A stretch of 64,000 nucleotides of DNA from Gnetum montanum (taxonomy: Eukaryota; Plantae; Gnetophyta), in NCBI GenBank assembly GCA_015680685.1, contig MNCI01003076.1:19389-83388 (forward strand), in the 5' to 3' direction. Shown in pieces: positions 1-12,580 of this stretch. Below the pieces are notes generated by a model, which had not been told where the DNA came from, searched no databases, and saw only the letters and a program-made list of their open reading frames with translations. The position numbers and the translations under genes were made by a program. Position 1 is the first letter of the stretch, and every line of letters begins with the position of its first letter.

Positions 1-74
1 AGCATTACCAAATACTATTCCAAAAAACCATAACACATGCTAACACAAATTACATGTTGTGCAAACATCGTTAT

Positions 75-3000
75 TGTTAAAGATGTGAAGACAAAATCTA
101 TAGTTAATTTCACCTTTGTCTTGTTTAGTTTTAGAATTTTCTAAAATATGAAAAAAAAAGTTAAGATATAAAACTTGTTGTAAAAGAAAATGTGAAGACA
201 TGTCTGAGTTAATTATTAGTTGTTTTCATTATTTTAACCTTATATTTCACTATTTAAATCCATCTTAAGTTGTTTATGATGAGTGAGTTGAGAGTATGTG
301 TTCTCTTGTGTAAGGGTTGCTGTGTGGAAGCAACTAACTTGTGGTCTTTGTAAACATCTCTGTGTATCTTTTGAGTTTTGAAGATGTAAAAGTTGCAAAG
401 TTGCTTTCCTATTTCTCTCTCACTCCTTTCTGCAAGTTTATTTCTCTGCTATTGTTATGTTATTTTTGTGCCAGTAATATTTATGAATAATGATCTTTGT
501 ACAATGCGTAATTTGTTAACAAGTGGTATTGAAGCAAGGTTGGCCGAGGTTAAGTTGTGTAATGTTTGTTATTGGTGGAGCACAAAAGGTATTGCATGGT
601 GAATTATTTATCGATTGTTTTTCTGTTTCAATGCAGATTATTTTAGTGAGAACTATGTATATAAGATGGTAAAAATGTCTTGTTTTTGTTTTCATTGATG
701 GATGAAACAGATATTAATATAAAAAAACAAAGATCAAAATGTCATCACTGTCATGAGATTGGACATGTGAAAAGGGATTGCTTTGTTTTGAGACATGATG
801 ATGTTGTCTCTTAGATTTGTTGTTGTTGAAGAGACATCTTATTATTATGTCAAAGTTTGAACTGCAGATCTCTTTTGTTTTGTTTAAGTTTTGTGTTAGC
901 ATGTGTTATGGTTTTTTGAAATAGTATTTGGTAATGTTGGTGTAATGCTATCTCATGTTGTTTTGGCTTGAGGAGGCTTGGTCCGTTAGGATGCTTCATG
1001 TAGAGATGCTCATCGAATGGTTGTGTGCACACATATGATGTTTTCGTATATTGTGGAAGGCATAGCATATTGATTGATGAAGTTTTTCCAGCTTATTTTT
1101 TATCAGTCTGAGTGATTTTTCTTCAAGTGGGAGATTGTTAGAGATGTCAAGACAAAATCTATAATTAACTTGTGTTGAACTTCACTTTTATCTTGTTTAG
1201 TTTTAGAATTTTATAAAATATGAAAAGAAGAGTTAAGATATCTAAAACTTGTTGCAAAAGAAAAAGCGAAGACATGTCTAAGTCAATTATTAGTTGCTTC
1301 CATTATTTTAACCTTGGATTTGGCTATTTAAATACATCTCAAGTTGGTTATGATGGTTGAGTTGAGAGTGTGTGGTCTCTCTTGTAAGGGTTGATGTGTC
1401 AAAGCAATTGACTTGTGGTCTTTGTAAACATCTTTGAATATCTCTTTAATTTTGAAGATGTTATAAAAGTTGCAAAGTTGCTTTTCTATTTATCTCCCTT
1501 ATTTCTCTCTCACTCCATTTTACAAGTTTTATTCCCTTGTTGTTGTTATGTTATTTTTGTGCTAATAATATTTCGAATAACGATTTTTGCAAAACGTAAA
1601 ATTGTTAACAATTGTTATCAGAGCAAGGTTAAGCGAGGTTAAGTTGTGTAATGTTTGTTATTGGTGGAGCACGAAAGGTATTCTAGGGTAGATTATTTGT
1701 AGATTGTTTTTCTATTTCAGTGCAAATTATTTTAGTGGGAGTTGTGTGTACAAGATGGTAAAAATGTCTTGTTTTTATTCTCATTGATGGATGAAATAGA
1801 TGAAAAGAGATCAAAATGTATCATTGTCATGAGATTGGACATGTGAAAAGGGATTGCTCTATTTTAAGACAAGATGATGTTATCTCTTGGATTTTTTATT
1901 GTTGAAGAGACATGTTATTATTATGTTAGAGTCTAAGCTATAGGTTTCTTTTGTTTTGTTCAAGTTTTGTGTTAGCATATGTTATAGTTTTTTGGGATAG
2001 TATTTGGTAATGTTAGTGTAATGTTATCTCATGTTGTCGTGGCTTAAGGCCTTGTTTATTAAGATGTTTCATGTAGAGATGTTCCTCGAATAGTTGTGTG
2101 CACACTTGTGATTTTTCTGCATGTTGTGGAAAGCATGGCATATTGATTAATGAAGTTTTTCCAGCTTGTTTTTCAATATGCCATGTCTTCCACAACATGC
2201 AGAAAAATCACAAGTGTGCACACGACCATTTGAGGAGCATCTTTGCATAAAATATCCTAACAGACTAGGTCTCCTCAAGCTAAAACAACATGAGATAGTA
2301 TTACACCAGCATTACCAAATACTATCCCAAAAAACCATAACACATGCTAACACACAACTTAAACAAAACAAAAGAGACGTGCAACCCACACTCTGACATA
2401 ATAAGATATCTCTTCAATAGCAACAAATCAAAGAGACAACGTCATCATGTCTCAAAATAGAGCAATCCCTTTTCACATGTCTACAGTGCCAGCATCCTGG
2501 TCTCTTTTCTTTTCATCTATTTCATCCATCAATGAAAATAAAAACAAGACATTTTTACCATCTTGTACACAACTTTCATTGAAATAACCTACACTAAAAC
2601 AGAAAAAACAATCTACAAATAATCCACCCTATAATATCGTTTGTGCTCCAGCTGCTCCAATGCCAATTGTTAAAGATGTGAAGACAAAATCTACAATTAA
2701 CTGGTGTTAAACTTCACTTTTTTCTTCTACTGTTTGTTAGTTTTAGAATTTTCTAAAAACGAGATAAGATTTCTAAAACTTGTTGTAAAGAAAAAAGTGA
2801 AGACATGCCTAAGTTAATTATTGGTTGTTTCCATTATTTGAACCCTAGGTTTGGCTATTTAAATCCATTTTGGATTGGTTATGGTCGATGATTTGAGAGT
2901 GTGTTGTCTCTTGTGTAAGGGTTACTATGTGAAAGTAATTGACTTGTGGTCTTTGTAAACATCTCTGTGTATCTCTAGAATTTTAAAGATGTTGTAAAAG

Positions 3001-4565
3001 TTGCAAAGTTTTTTTCCTATTTATCTCTCTCCATTCTACAACTGTTATTTCCCTATTGTTGTTATGTTATTTTTGTGTTGATAATATTTTGAATAATGAT
3101 TTTTGCACAATGTGGAAAAATCACTTGTTGTAAAAGAAAAAGTGAAAACATATCTGAGTTAATTATTAGTTATTTCCATTATTTTAACCCTGGATCTAAC
3201 TATTTAAATCCATCTTAGGTTGGTTATGTTGAGGGAGTTGAGAGGTCTCTTGTGTAAGGGTTGTTGTGTGGAAGCAACTGACTTGTGGTTTTTGTAAACA
3301 TCTTTGTGTATCTCTGGAGTTTTGAAGATGTTGTAAAAGTTGCAAAATTGCTTTTATTTTTATCTCCCTTGTTTCTCTCTCACTCCATTCTACAAGTTTT
3401 ATTTCCCTATTATTGTTATGTTATTTTTGTGCCAATAATATTTACAAATAACCATTTTTGCACAATGCAGAATTTGTTAACAAGTGGTATCGAAGTAAGG
3501 TTAAGTTGTGCAATGTTTGTTATTGGTGGAGCACAAAAGGTATTATAGGATGGATTATTTACAAATTTTTTTTCTTGTTTTCGTGAAGATTATTTTAGTG
3601 GGAGTTGTGTATACAAGATAGTAAAAATGTCTTGTTTTCATTCTCATTGATGGATGAAATTGATGAAAAAGAAAAGAGATCAAGATGCTAGCACTGTCAT
3701 GAGATTGGACATGTGAAAAGGAATTACTTTGTTTTGAGACATGATGATGTTGTCTCTTAGATTTTTTGTTGTTGAAGATACATCTTATTATTATGTCAAA
3801 GTCTGAGCTACAGGTCTCTTATGTTTTGTTCAAGTTTTGTGTTGACATGTGTTATGGTTTTTTAAGATAGCATTTGGTAATGTTGCTGTAATGCTATCTC
3901 ATGTTATTTTGCCTTGAAGAGGCCTGGTCCATTAGGATGTTTTATATAGAGATGCTTCTCGAATGGTTGTGTGCACACCTGTGATTTTTTTGCATGTTAT
4001 GTTGTGGAAGGCATGGCATATTGATTGATAAAGTTTTTTCTAGCTTGTTTTTCATTAGTTTGAGTGATTTTTCTTCAAGTGGGATATTGTTAGAGATGTG
4101 AAGAAAAAATCTATAGTTAACTTGTTTTGAACTTCACTTTTGTCTTGTTTAGTTTTAGAATATTCTAAAATATGAAACAAAGAGTTCAGATATCTAAAAC
4201 TTGTTGTAAAAGAACAAGTGAAAACATGTTTGAGTTAATTATTAGTTGTTTCCATTATTTTAACCTTGGATCTAGCTATTTAAATTCAACTTGGGTTGGT
4301 TATGATGAGGGAGTTGAGAGTATGTGGTCTTTTGTGTAAGGGTTGCTTTCTGGAAGCAACTAACTTGTGGTCTTTATAAACATCTCTATGTATCTCTGGA
4401 GTTTTGAAGATGTTGTAAAAGGTTAAGAAGTTAATTTTATGTTTATCTCCCTTGTTTCTCTCTCACTCCATTCTGCAAGTTTCATTTCCTTCTTGTTGTT
4501 ATGTTATTTTTGTGCTAGTAATATTTACGAATAACAATTTTTGCACAACACATAATTTGTTAACA
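75..4565 (+). mobile_element. Tandem array of a non-autonomous miniature LTR retrotransposon (TRIM-like)
   Basis: Five LTR copies bounded by TGTTA...TAACA: 75-521, 1136-1610, 2668-~3113 (3' truncated), ~3123-3482 (5' truncated), 4088-4565. The LTRs ending at 521, 1610 and 3482 are followed by a TGGTATCAGAGC-like tRNA-iMet PBS. The LTRs starting at 1136 and 4088 are preceded by a PPT (AAGTGGGAGAT/AAGTGGGATAT). The ~610 bp interiors show no gag/pol similarity. Confidence 0.85.
2174..2650 (-). repeat. Inverted copy of the TRIM internal region
   Basis: Reverse complement of ~1665-2145 (e.g. cacaacatgcagaaaaatcacaagtgtgcacac vs gtgtgcacacttgtgatttttctgcatgttgtg). Bases 1-50 are another inverted interior fragment. 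Confidence 0.85.
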
Positions 4566-4866
4566 CTTTCAAGGTAGCTTCCTCACTCACCTTCCTTACC
4601 TTATACTCGAAAAATAAAGTATTTAGATTTTGGCATATTAATTACTAAACAGTTTCATAACTTGTTGAATGTGGGTCTCATGCTTGTGCTCAGCTAGCCA
4701 TCTACATGTCTTTAGAATTTTAAGAGGATAGGTTAAATTTCATGAAAATAGTATCTGAGATTCTCAACGAGGATACCCCATCTTATGTTATGATATGCAT
4801 GTGGTTATTGTTTTATTATTATCTATGAAACAGTAAGATGTTAGCTTAATAGCAAGACTTTTTTCT

Positions 4867-4960
4867 TTAAGATGTTAGCTTAATAGCAAGCATTTTTTGC
4901 TTTAAAATCTCTAACTTATAGGTTCAATTCTGATAGGAAATGCTAAGTTATAAATTTTTA
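4867..4960 (+). mobile_element. Degenerate tRNA-derived SINE-like head
   Basis: A-box-like TAGCTTAATAG (tandemly duplicated from 4835) and B-box-like GGTTCAATTC, then aagttataaatttt shared with the copies at 6028-6170 and 40960-41130. Confidence 0.4.
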
Positions 4961-5934
4961 ATTAGATTATATATTTTAGAATGTATATCTATTACAATTG
5001 TTTTGGGATTTTAATACCCTTATTATTATCTATGAGTTAAAGATTTTATCAAAAGTAAAAATGTATTCATTACAACCTCCATTAATGATTAAAATTAAGT
5101 AGTAACTTATATACCTCATGATAAAGAGGTATGGTGATAATTGATCCCAACCAACTTGCCATGAGACATTACAACCTTTAAAGTATACATTTACTTAGTT
5201 CAACTAGCAAAAATCAAAGTACCTTTTGTGCCCATTTTATTGTTCTTTCAAAAGGCTTTCTTTATTGAAAAAATAAAAGTTTTTGACAAAAGAAAGCTCT
5301 TTATTTTGTATGTACAATCTTGGTGAGAGTAGTGATTCACTTGCCCTAAATATAAAAAATAATATAATAGAACATTGTTCTTTCAAAAAGGCTTTACTCA
5401 TTGAAAAAATTAGATTTTTTTATATAAAGAAATTCCCTTATTTCATATGCATATTGAGGTGGTGAAAAATAAAAGTCATAGGTAAAGCAATTCTAATTAA
5501 AATGGGACACATGAATCTTTGTTTTGTTTAGCTTGAAGCCTATACATTATAGAGTACATGAAAGGGAGCACAAAAAATTTACAAATTCAACATTGTTGAC
5601 TCCAACAAGCTACATATCCTATATGAGCTCCTATGAATAATAAATCATAAATTTAATATTTTATGTCATTATTCTGGTTAGAATTTATGAAACTTGCAAT
5701 TGATGTGTTACTCGAGGAGCATGGTAGTGCCTAGGAGGGATCCCCTTTCTTTTATGTGTCCATCCTCATAGCTAGATCATAGTAAGTTATTGTCAAGTCC
5801 TTCACCTACATTAATGGTCAACTCATGATAGATAAGATAAAGGCACTACAATGATGATTATTCTAATTAGAATTTGAAGATCTTAAATTTTTTTAATTAA
5901 TTGACCATTTATGTTAGAGATAGAAAGCAAATTG

Positions 5935-6170
5935 TGATACTGAAACTAAATTTTTTACTTACATCCATTGAGACCCCTTAGATCTATCAAACTAGTATTA
6001 CCTAGTGGAATTGAATTTACAACCTAGCGTTACCTAGTGAGGTAAGAGTCTTAGCTTAGTAACCCTAGGTGTTAGGTTTAATTCCTATAGGCAACACCAA
6101 GTTATAAATTTTAAAAATAATTTTATGAAAGAAATTTTGAAATTGGTTCAATAGATCCAAGGATGTCTCC
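5935..6170. mobile_element. Two head-to-head fragments of a tRNA-derived SINE-like repeat
   Basis: 6028-6170 (+) has A/B-box-like motifs and the body ggttcaatagatccaagg.tctc. 5935-6027 is the reverse complement of the same family (compare 41073-41130). Confidence 0.45.
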
Positions 6171-6268
6171 TTAATTTCATAGCTAGAAAATTTTATAAAA
6201 TTAGTTAATAAAGATTAATATTCCAAGTAATGAAACTTGATATGTCAAGTAGCTGAGTCGTGGGAATA

Positions 6269-6810
6269 TGATGAAGTATCATTTTGTCAAGTGTATCAGT
6301 TGACTGAGAAATCATAGATGCTATATCGTAAATGCTACCTCGCATCTACATTGTAGCATCCTCGTTGATGCATCTCTGTTAGCTGCTACATCATAGATGC
6401 TACATCACATTTGCTATGCCATAGATGTGATATCACATTTTTTATAACTTGGTTATGTTGATGCATCTTTGTCAACGCATCCATGTCGATGTAACCAAAT
6501 GAGTTAACACATCCCCATCGAAACAATGTCTATATTTGCATATAAATATGCAAGCATCCACCATGTATCTAGAATCACTTGGTCAATAGTGTAGTTGAAC
6601 TCTTGCATTTTTATTTTATAATCTTAGCAAATAGTTAGTAAGTGCTTGTAGCATGGATTTGAGTCAATTGTACAACATCTTATTCAAGTGGCATTGTACT
6701 TGGACACATTCCATGAATAGTAATAAAATTAAGATTGATTCATGCTCATTGCAACACTTTGATTTAGAATAGATTTACTTTCAATATAATTTACTTTCTA
6801 TGTACTTAGT
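6269..6810 (+). mobile_element. Truncated Athila-like LTR (host of nested insertion)
   Basis: Starts TGATG after the PPT-like TCGTGGGAATA; has a TATAAATA box near 6540; homologous to 12581-13152 and 22147-22975. Confidence 0.7.
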
Positions 6811-8110
6811 TGATGAGCGGCGAGGTACCCCTACACTCAACCATATGAATACGAGCATTCACGCACAATCCGGTCGAACTCTGTGGACAGGCTAGTTGTG
6901 GTATCTAGATAGTTACATGTTGATCGCAACTTGCTGTCTTCCCACCTGGACTAGTATTTACTTTGTTATGTTTGATTTAGTCCAGAGTGAGGCGTATGAT
7001 GTGATCCTAAACTAGTGCTACTCCTAGAGACAATGGAACATAATCTTGATTAAACTAATGAGCAAAAGGAAATGAAGTCTAAGCTAGCCTAAGTGCAATG
7101 AGCATCCGTTCCTTAATCATTCGTACACATCTTGGACCTCGTGCACAACTACTACTGGGATTACCAAGCGTAGATCCTAGGTATGCTACTGGGTTACCAA
7201 GTAGTCACACTTAAATGCTCATGATTAAGTCGTACTCATTCCACATTTAACAACAAGAAAAGTAAATGATGATCAAGAAATATTAACTAAGAAAACAATA
7301 AATAACAATAACAATTAACAATAAAAATTAAACAATTAAAACTAAGTGAATGCTGCAATGATGGAGAAATCTCGATCTTTATTTCCAGTCATGTGCATGT
7401 CCAAGTACATCACACTCGAATAAAGAAGTCGTACAATTACAAGCATCACACTGCGGACATGCACTTGGGAAAATAGTCTAACTCCTATGAAAACAAACTG
7501 CAAGGGCTTCGCTACAACTACTAGAAAGATACCTAAGTGTGGCGGAAGCACACTTATTTATAGGCTAAAACAAGCTCTACGTAAATGGGGCCACGTCGAC
7601 ACATAGAGGGATGCGTCGACGGGGCCGCATCGACACGGTAGCGTATACGGGGCCCTGTATACGCGGCCTAGTCGATGCATCGACTGTTTAGCGCTTCATC
7701 ATACCCCCACGATTGAGTAAAAACGCGTCCTCGAGTCAAAGAAAGTGAGGAACAAGCTCAATTGATTACATAGTGGATAGGTATGGGATTATTGACTGAC
7801 TAGAAATTTATTCATGCCACAGTGGATATGACAAAATTGGGACACAAACACAAAATTATAGAATTTATTGGAACTCATGGGGTTCCCAGTAGTGGTGGCT
7901 CCTCCATGGGTGCCTTTCCTTTGTTCTACGCGCTAGGCTTTTGAGATTGATACCATTAAAGAAGTGCCTGACATTTCTTTTCTTCTATCCACAGATTATG
8001 AGCCATCCATACTGATGTTCCAATGTTTGATGGAGTTAGCACTTTCCATGGACATGGGAGCTACAAGAACATTTGATTGGCCTTGACATGCCATGTGGCA
8101 AATAACCATC

Positions 8111-8764
8111 NNNNNNNNNNNNNNNNNNNNNNNNNNNNNNNNNNNNNNNNNNNNNNNNNNNNNNNNNNNNNNNNNNNNNNNNNNNNNNNNNNNNNNNNNN
8201 NNNNNNNNNNNNNNNNNNNNNNNNNNNNNNNNNNNNNNNNNNNNNNNNNNNNNNNNNNNNNNNNNNNNNNNNNNNNNNNNNNNNNNNNNNNNNNNNNNNN
8301 NNNNNNNNNNNNNNNNNNNNNNNNNNNNNNNNNNNNNNNNNNNNNNNNNNNNNNNNNNNNNNNNNNNNNNNNNNNNNNNNNNNNNNNNNNNNNNNNNNNN
8401 NNNNNNNNNNNNNNNNNNNNNNNNNNNNNNNNNNNNNNNNNNNNNNNNNNNNNNNNNNNNNNNNNNNNNNNNNNNNNNNNNNNNNNNNNNNNNNNNNNNN
8501 NNNNNNNNNNNNNNNNNNNNNNNNNNNNNNNNNNNNNNNNNNNNNNNNNNNNNNNNNNNNNNNNNNNNNNNNNNNNNNNNNNNNNNNNNNNNNNNNNNNN
8601 NNNNNNNNNNNNNNNNNNNNNNNNNNNNNNNNNNNNNNNNNNNNNNNNNNNNNNNNNNNNNNNNNNNNNNNNNNNNNNNNNNNNNNNNNNNNNNNNNNNN
8701 NNNNNNNNNNNNNNNNNNNNNNNNNNNNNNNNNNNNNNNNNNNNNNNNNNNNNNNNNNNNNNNN
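8111..8764. other. Assembly gap (654 N)
   Basis: Run of N. Confidence 1.
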
Positions 8765-8843
8765 AACGCTATTCTAGGGGGTCCCACTAGAAGGACATGC
8801 ACCCATGCCTGAAGGTAGGTGGCTTCTCTGGATTAAGTACTTC

Positions 8844-8874
<31 letters not shown>

Positions 8875-10304
8875 TGTGCCAAAGCGACCAAACAAAAAGT
8901 ATGCTACAAAGAAATTCCAAGTCACTCCNCCTCTCTCTCTCTCTCTCTCTCTCTGAAGTACTTAATCCAGAGAAGCCACCTACCTTCAGGCATGGGTGCA
9001 TGTCCTTCTAGTGGGACCCCCTAGAATAGCGTTAGGTTCTTTATTGGGTGCCTTTAATACTCTTTCTCCCATTTTTCATTAGATCTACAAAGATCTTAGT
9101 ACAACCAAGCTACATGATAGCACCTACAGATGTCACCAAAAAGAATCCACAGGTTCCCTTGATGTCACACCCTAGCCATTCCCTCTTAGTCCATCATTTT
9201 TGACTCTAGGCATAATGAGCACAAAATTACTTTTAAGTTTCATGATGACAAGAATATCATCATACCTAGAGTGGAACCTCTTATTAATAGAATGGTTGGG
9301 TGGATCTGGTGGATTCGCTGTCCAAATAATTAATCATCTAAGACTTGATAGCATAGAACAACACCTCAACCAATGAGTCACATGAGTGTTTTATTCGTAG
9401 ATGAGATTACTCATAAAAAGATAAAAATATAAAAAGATAAAACAATCAATTAAAATGTGAAAAATGGAAAAAAAAAAGGTCAAAAAATTAAAGAAACAGC
9501 AAAACATTTATTAATTTTGTGTTGTTAGAATGGAGGGTGCCCCCCATAACTAAACAGTTGAGCATGGCTAGAATTAATAAATGGAAGGTGGGGATCCTTG
9601 CATGTTGAAAATATTGGGACCTGGTCATACTTACCCCATTGGGGTTCACACACTTGATTAGAGTTGACATAGTGGGGCAAGTTATAAGATGTGGTTAATT
9701 TATAAGGAGTTGACCCACTATGGTACTTGTAACCATAAGATGGTATGCAAGGATCAACATGTCTCCCCATGTGGCAATATTCATTGGGCCCCATGGTTGT
9801 TGGAGTATTGAGTGGTGGCCTTGATAAGGTAACATGAGGCGTTGGGTTCAAAGAGGAAGATGCACCACAGTGTTGGATTTGTGCTAAGCTGGCGGATGTA
9901 GTGGTTTCTGAACTATGGTGTCCCTTTCGACGATCATGTCTAAAGAAGGGACACCTTCAATGTTGTGAAGGACCTCCACTACTTTTGACAATGGTAGCAC
10001 AAGTAATGTTTATGGGTTGGTGTTGTGGTGCAAAATCTTCTAGCATAGCTTGTGGTGATGTAGAAGGGGGTGAAGTATGAGAATATTGAGGTTGAGGAGA
10101 GGTGTAAGGCACATGAGGTGATGATCTTGTTGGAGAGGACATGGGTGGATAGTACTCAAGAGAATGATAATGATAAGGTGAGGTAGAGGATGTTGATCCT
10201 ATTAGAGAAATAGGGTGTTGAACATAATAAGCATTTGGTGTTGGGACATATGAAGGGTATGGTCTAGTTGGCGGTGGCCTCCCCCACGACTGAGGTTTCT
10301 ACCA

Positions 10305-11258
10305 CTATGGTTGAACCTGATATTTCTGTACGAAATCTAGATGTAACATTCCTTCCCAATGCTCATGTAAATGTGACAAAACTAAACATTGGCCTTTGGG
10401 GTGATCATATAGACAGACGTTACATTGATATGTGAAACTGGTAGTTGAGTTCTTATTCTTATTATCCTCTACCCTTTGTTTCGATTGTTGCATGGTGTCC
10501 TGTCCTGTTTATCAATTTGGCATAGTTCTTCCTCTAATAATGTTGGCATATTCTCCGCATCTTTCATGTACCCAATCCATCATCTTATTAATCTTTGCCT
10601 CAATTTCATCTAGTGATTGTAGGATTGGCAAAGATGATTCCACCTCCTTGAAGTGAGTGGGTTTCTCCTCTTCATGATCATGGACCCTTGTTAAGTTGAG
10701 ACTTTGGTCCTATTGCGAACTTTCAAAATTCTCCCATTTGGCTATTTCTCCTTCTTCTCTTACTACCCGCTTAATAAGCTCTTGGAATTGATGGGTTCAT
10801 AGCTCATATAGTTGACCTCAGGTGTACATCCCTAGGATCTCCCTTATTTCATTACAGAGCCCATCTATGATATGGTACATTAGCCTTTCCTCGAGGAACC
10901 CATGGCCTGGCCAGTTGTTTAATAGTGCATAATATCTTTCTAAGGCCATGTCCAAGGTTTCATGTTGTGCTTGTTTCCATTCTTGGATTTGTCTCCTCAA
11001 GGCTGACACTCTCGCATAGGTTTGATATCTTTCATTGAAAAGTTCTACCATTGTCGACTAATGTCGAATTGATTTTGGTTTTACTGACCTATACCATACT
11101 TTTGCTTGGCCAACAAGTGTCAAAGGAAAGAGCTTAAGTTTTTTCCACCCATTATCAATATTATTCCATGTATAGGCATCGTAGAAGGCTTGTAAATGTT
11201 GTTGAAAATCTAAATCATAGCCTCCTAAAAACTTGGGAAAGTTGTTTAAATCAAGCAT
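10305..11258 (-). pseudogene. Retrotransposon gag remnant (Retrotrans_gag-like plus Cys/His knuckle)
   Basis: ORF pieces PKFLGG...HLQAFYD...KLKLFPLTLVGQAKVWYRS; LFNERY...LRRQIQEWKQ...ETL...ERY...GHGF; CNVCLYDHPKGQC. Interrupted by stops and frameshifts. Confidence 0.85.
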
Positions 11259-12580
11259 AGGTACACAACTTTTCTTACGATGCCTGCGGGCTATTCAAAC
11301 AGCCTCTTGTATTTCTGTTAAGCTTGTAGTGGCCAGTAGGGGTTCATTGTCACTAGGTATGTTATGCAGTTGTGATTTGGGATGATGTTATTTGCATTGA
11401 TGCTCATAGGAGACCCCTACATCAAATTGGGTACTCCAAACTTCATCTTCATTATCATATAATTTGTTGGTTCTCCAATGAGTTGCTCTACTAGTTGTTG
11501 CATTGTCATAGTCTTGTGAGAGAGACATTGTTGTGAACCGTGTGTGACTTAATTAAATTAAATTTAATTTATTTTCTAAATGACATATCGTTAATACTTG
11601 TTACAACGATCTTGTATGATATAACTAATCTAAATAACTAGCACCGTCCCCGGCAATGGCGCCAATGGTGAACGGCAAGGTACCCCTACATTCAATCATA
11701 CGAATACGAGCATTCATGCATGATTTGGTCGAACTCCATGGACAGGCTAGTTGTGGTATCTAGATAGTTACACATTGATCGCAGTTCACTATCTTCCCAC
11801 CTGGACTAGTATTTGCTTTGTCACGTATGGTTTCCCCCCCAGTGAGGCGTATGATGTGATCCTAAACTAGTGCTACTCCTAGAGACAATGGAAAATAATC
11901 TTGATTAAACTAATGAGCAATAGGAAATGAAGTCTAAGCTAGCCTAAGTGTGATGAGCATCCATTCCTTAATCATCTGTACACATCTTGGACCTTGTGCA
12001 CGACTACTACTGGGATCACCAAGCGTAGATCCTAGGTAGCTACTGGGTTACCAAGTAGTCACACTTAAATGCTCGTGATTAAGTCATACTCATTCTACAT
12101 TTAACAACAAGAATAGTAAATGATGATAAAGAAATATTAATTAAGAAAACAATAAATAACAATAACAATTAACAATAAAAATTAAAACTAAGTGAATGCT
12201 GCAATGATGGAGTAATCTCGATCTTTATTTCCGGTCATGTGCACGTCCAAGTACGTCACACTCAAATAAAGGTGTCATACAATTATAAGCATCACACTGC
12301 GGGCATGCACTTGGGAAAATAGTCTAACTCCTACGGAAACAAACTACAAGGGCTTCACTACAACTACTAGAAAGATACCTAAGTGTGGCGGAAACACACT
12401 TATTTATAGGCTAAAACAAGCTCTGCGTAAATGGGGCCACGTCGACACATGAAGGGATGCGTCGATGGGGCCGCATCAATGCGGCCACGTATACATGGCC
12501 TAGTCAACGCATCGACTGTTTAGAGCTTCATCGTTAGTTAATGATGAGAATTGATATGTCAAGTAGCTAAGTCATGGGGA

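Larger units (their letters stand above)
6811..12533 (-). mobile_element. Non-autonomous gag-only Athila-like Ty3/gypsy element with both LTRs and TSD
   Basis: Highly similar LTRs at 11666-12533 (5') and 6811-7701 (3'). Exact TSD TTAGT (6806-6810, 12534-12538). PBS TGGCGCCATTGCCGGGGA on - at 11647-11664. PPT on - at 7702-7712. Disrupted gag at ~10300-11260; no pol seen (a 654-N gap lies inside). Confidence 0.9.

Noticed and set aside
393-3548. Recurrent short hydrophobic ORFs (393-602, 1415-1642, 3285-3548, etc.)
   Set aside because: They are chance frames in repeated T-rich LTR and interior sequence; starts and stops are not conserved between copies.
7996-8812. Long ORFs of 237-268 aa in the ORF track
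   Set aside because: They consist of X residues read through the N gap.
8765-9033. Perfect ~105-bp inverted repeat with (GA)n/(TC)n arms (MITE- or miRNA-like hairpin)
   Set aside because: It abuts the N gap, has a single N at 8929 and joins at a microsatellite. Only the right arm matches the orientation of the host element, so it is most likely a mis-oriented contig end.
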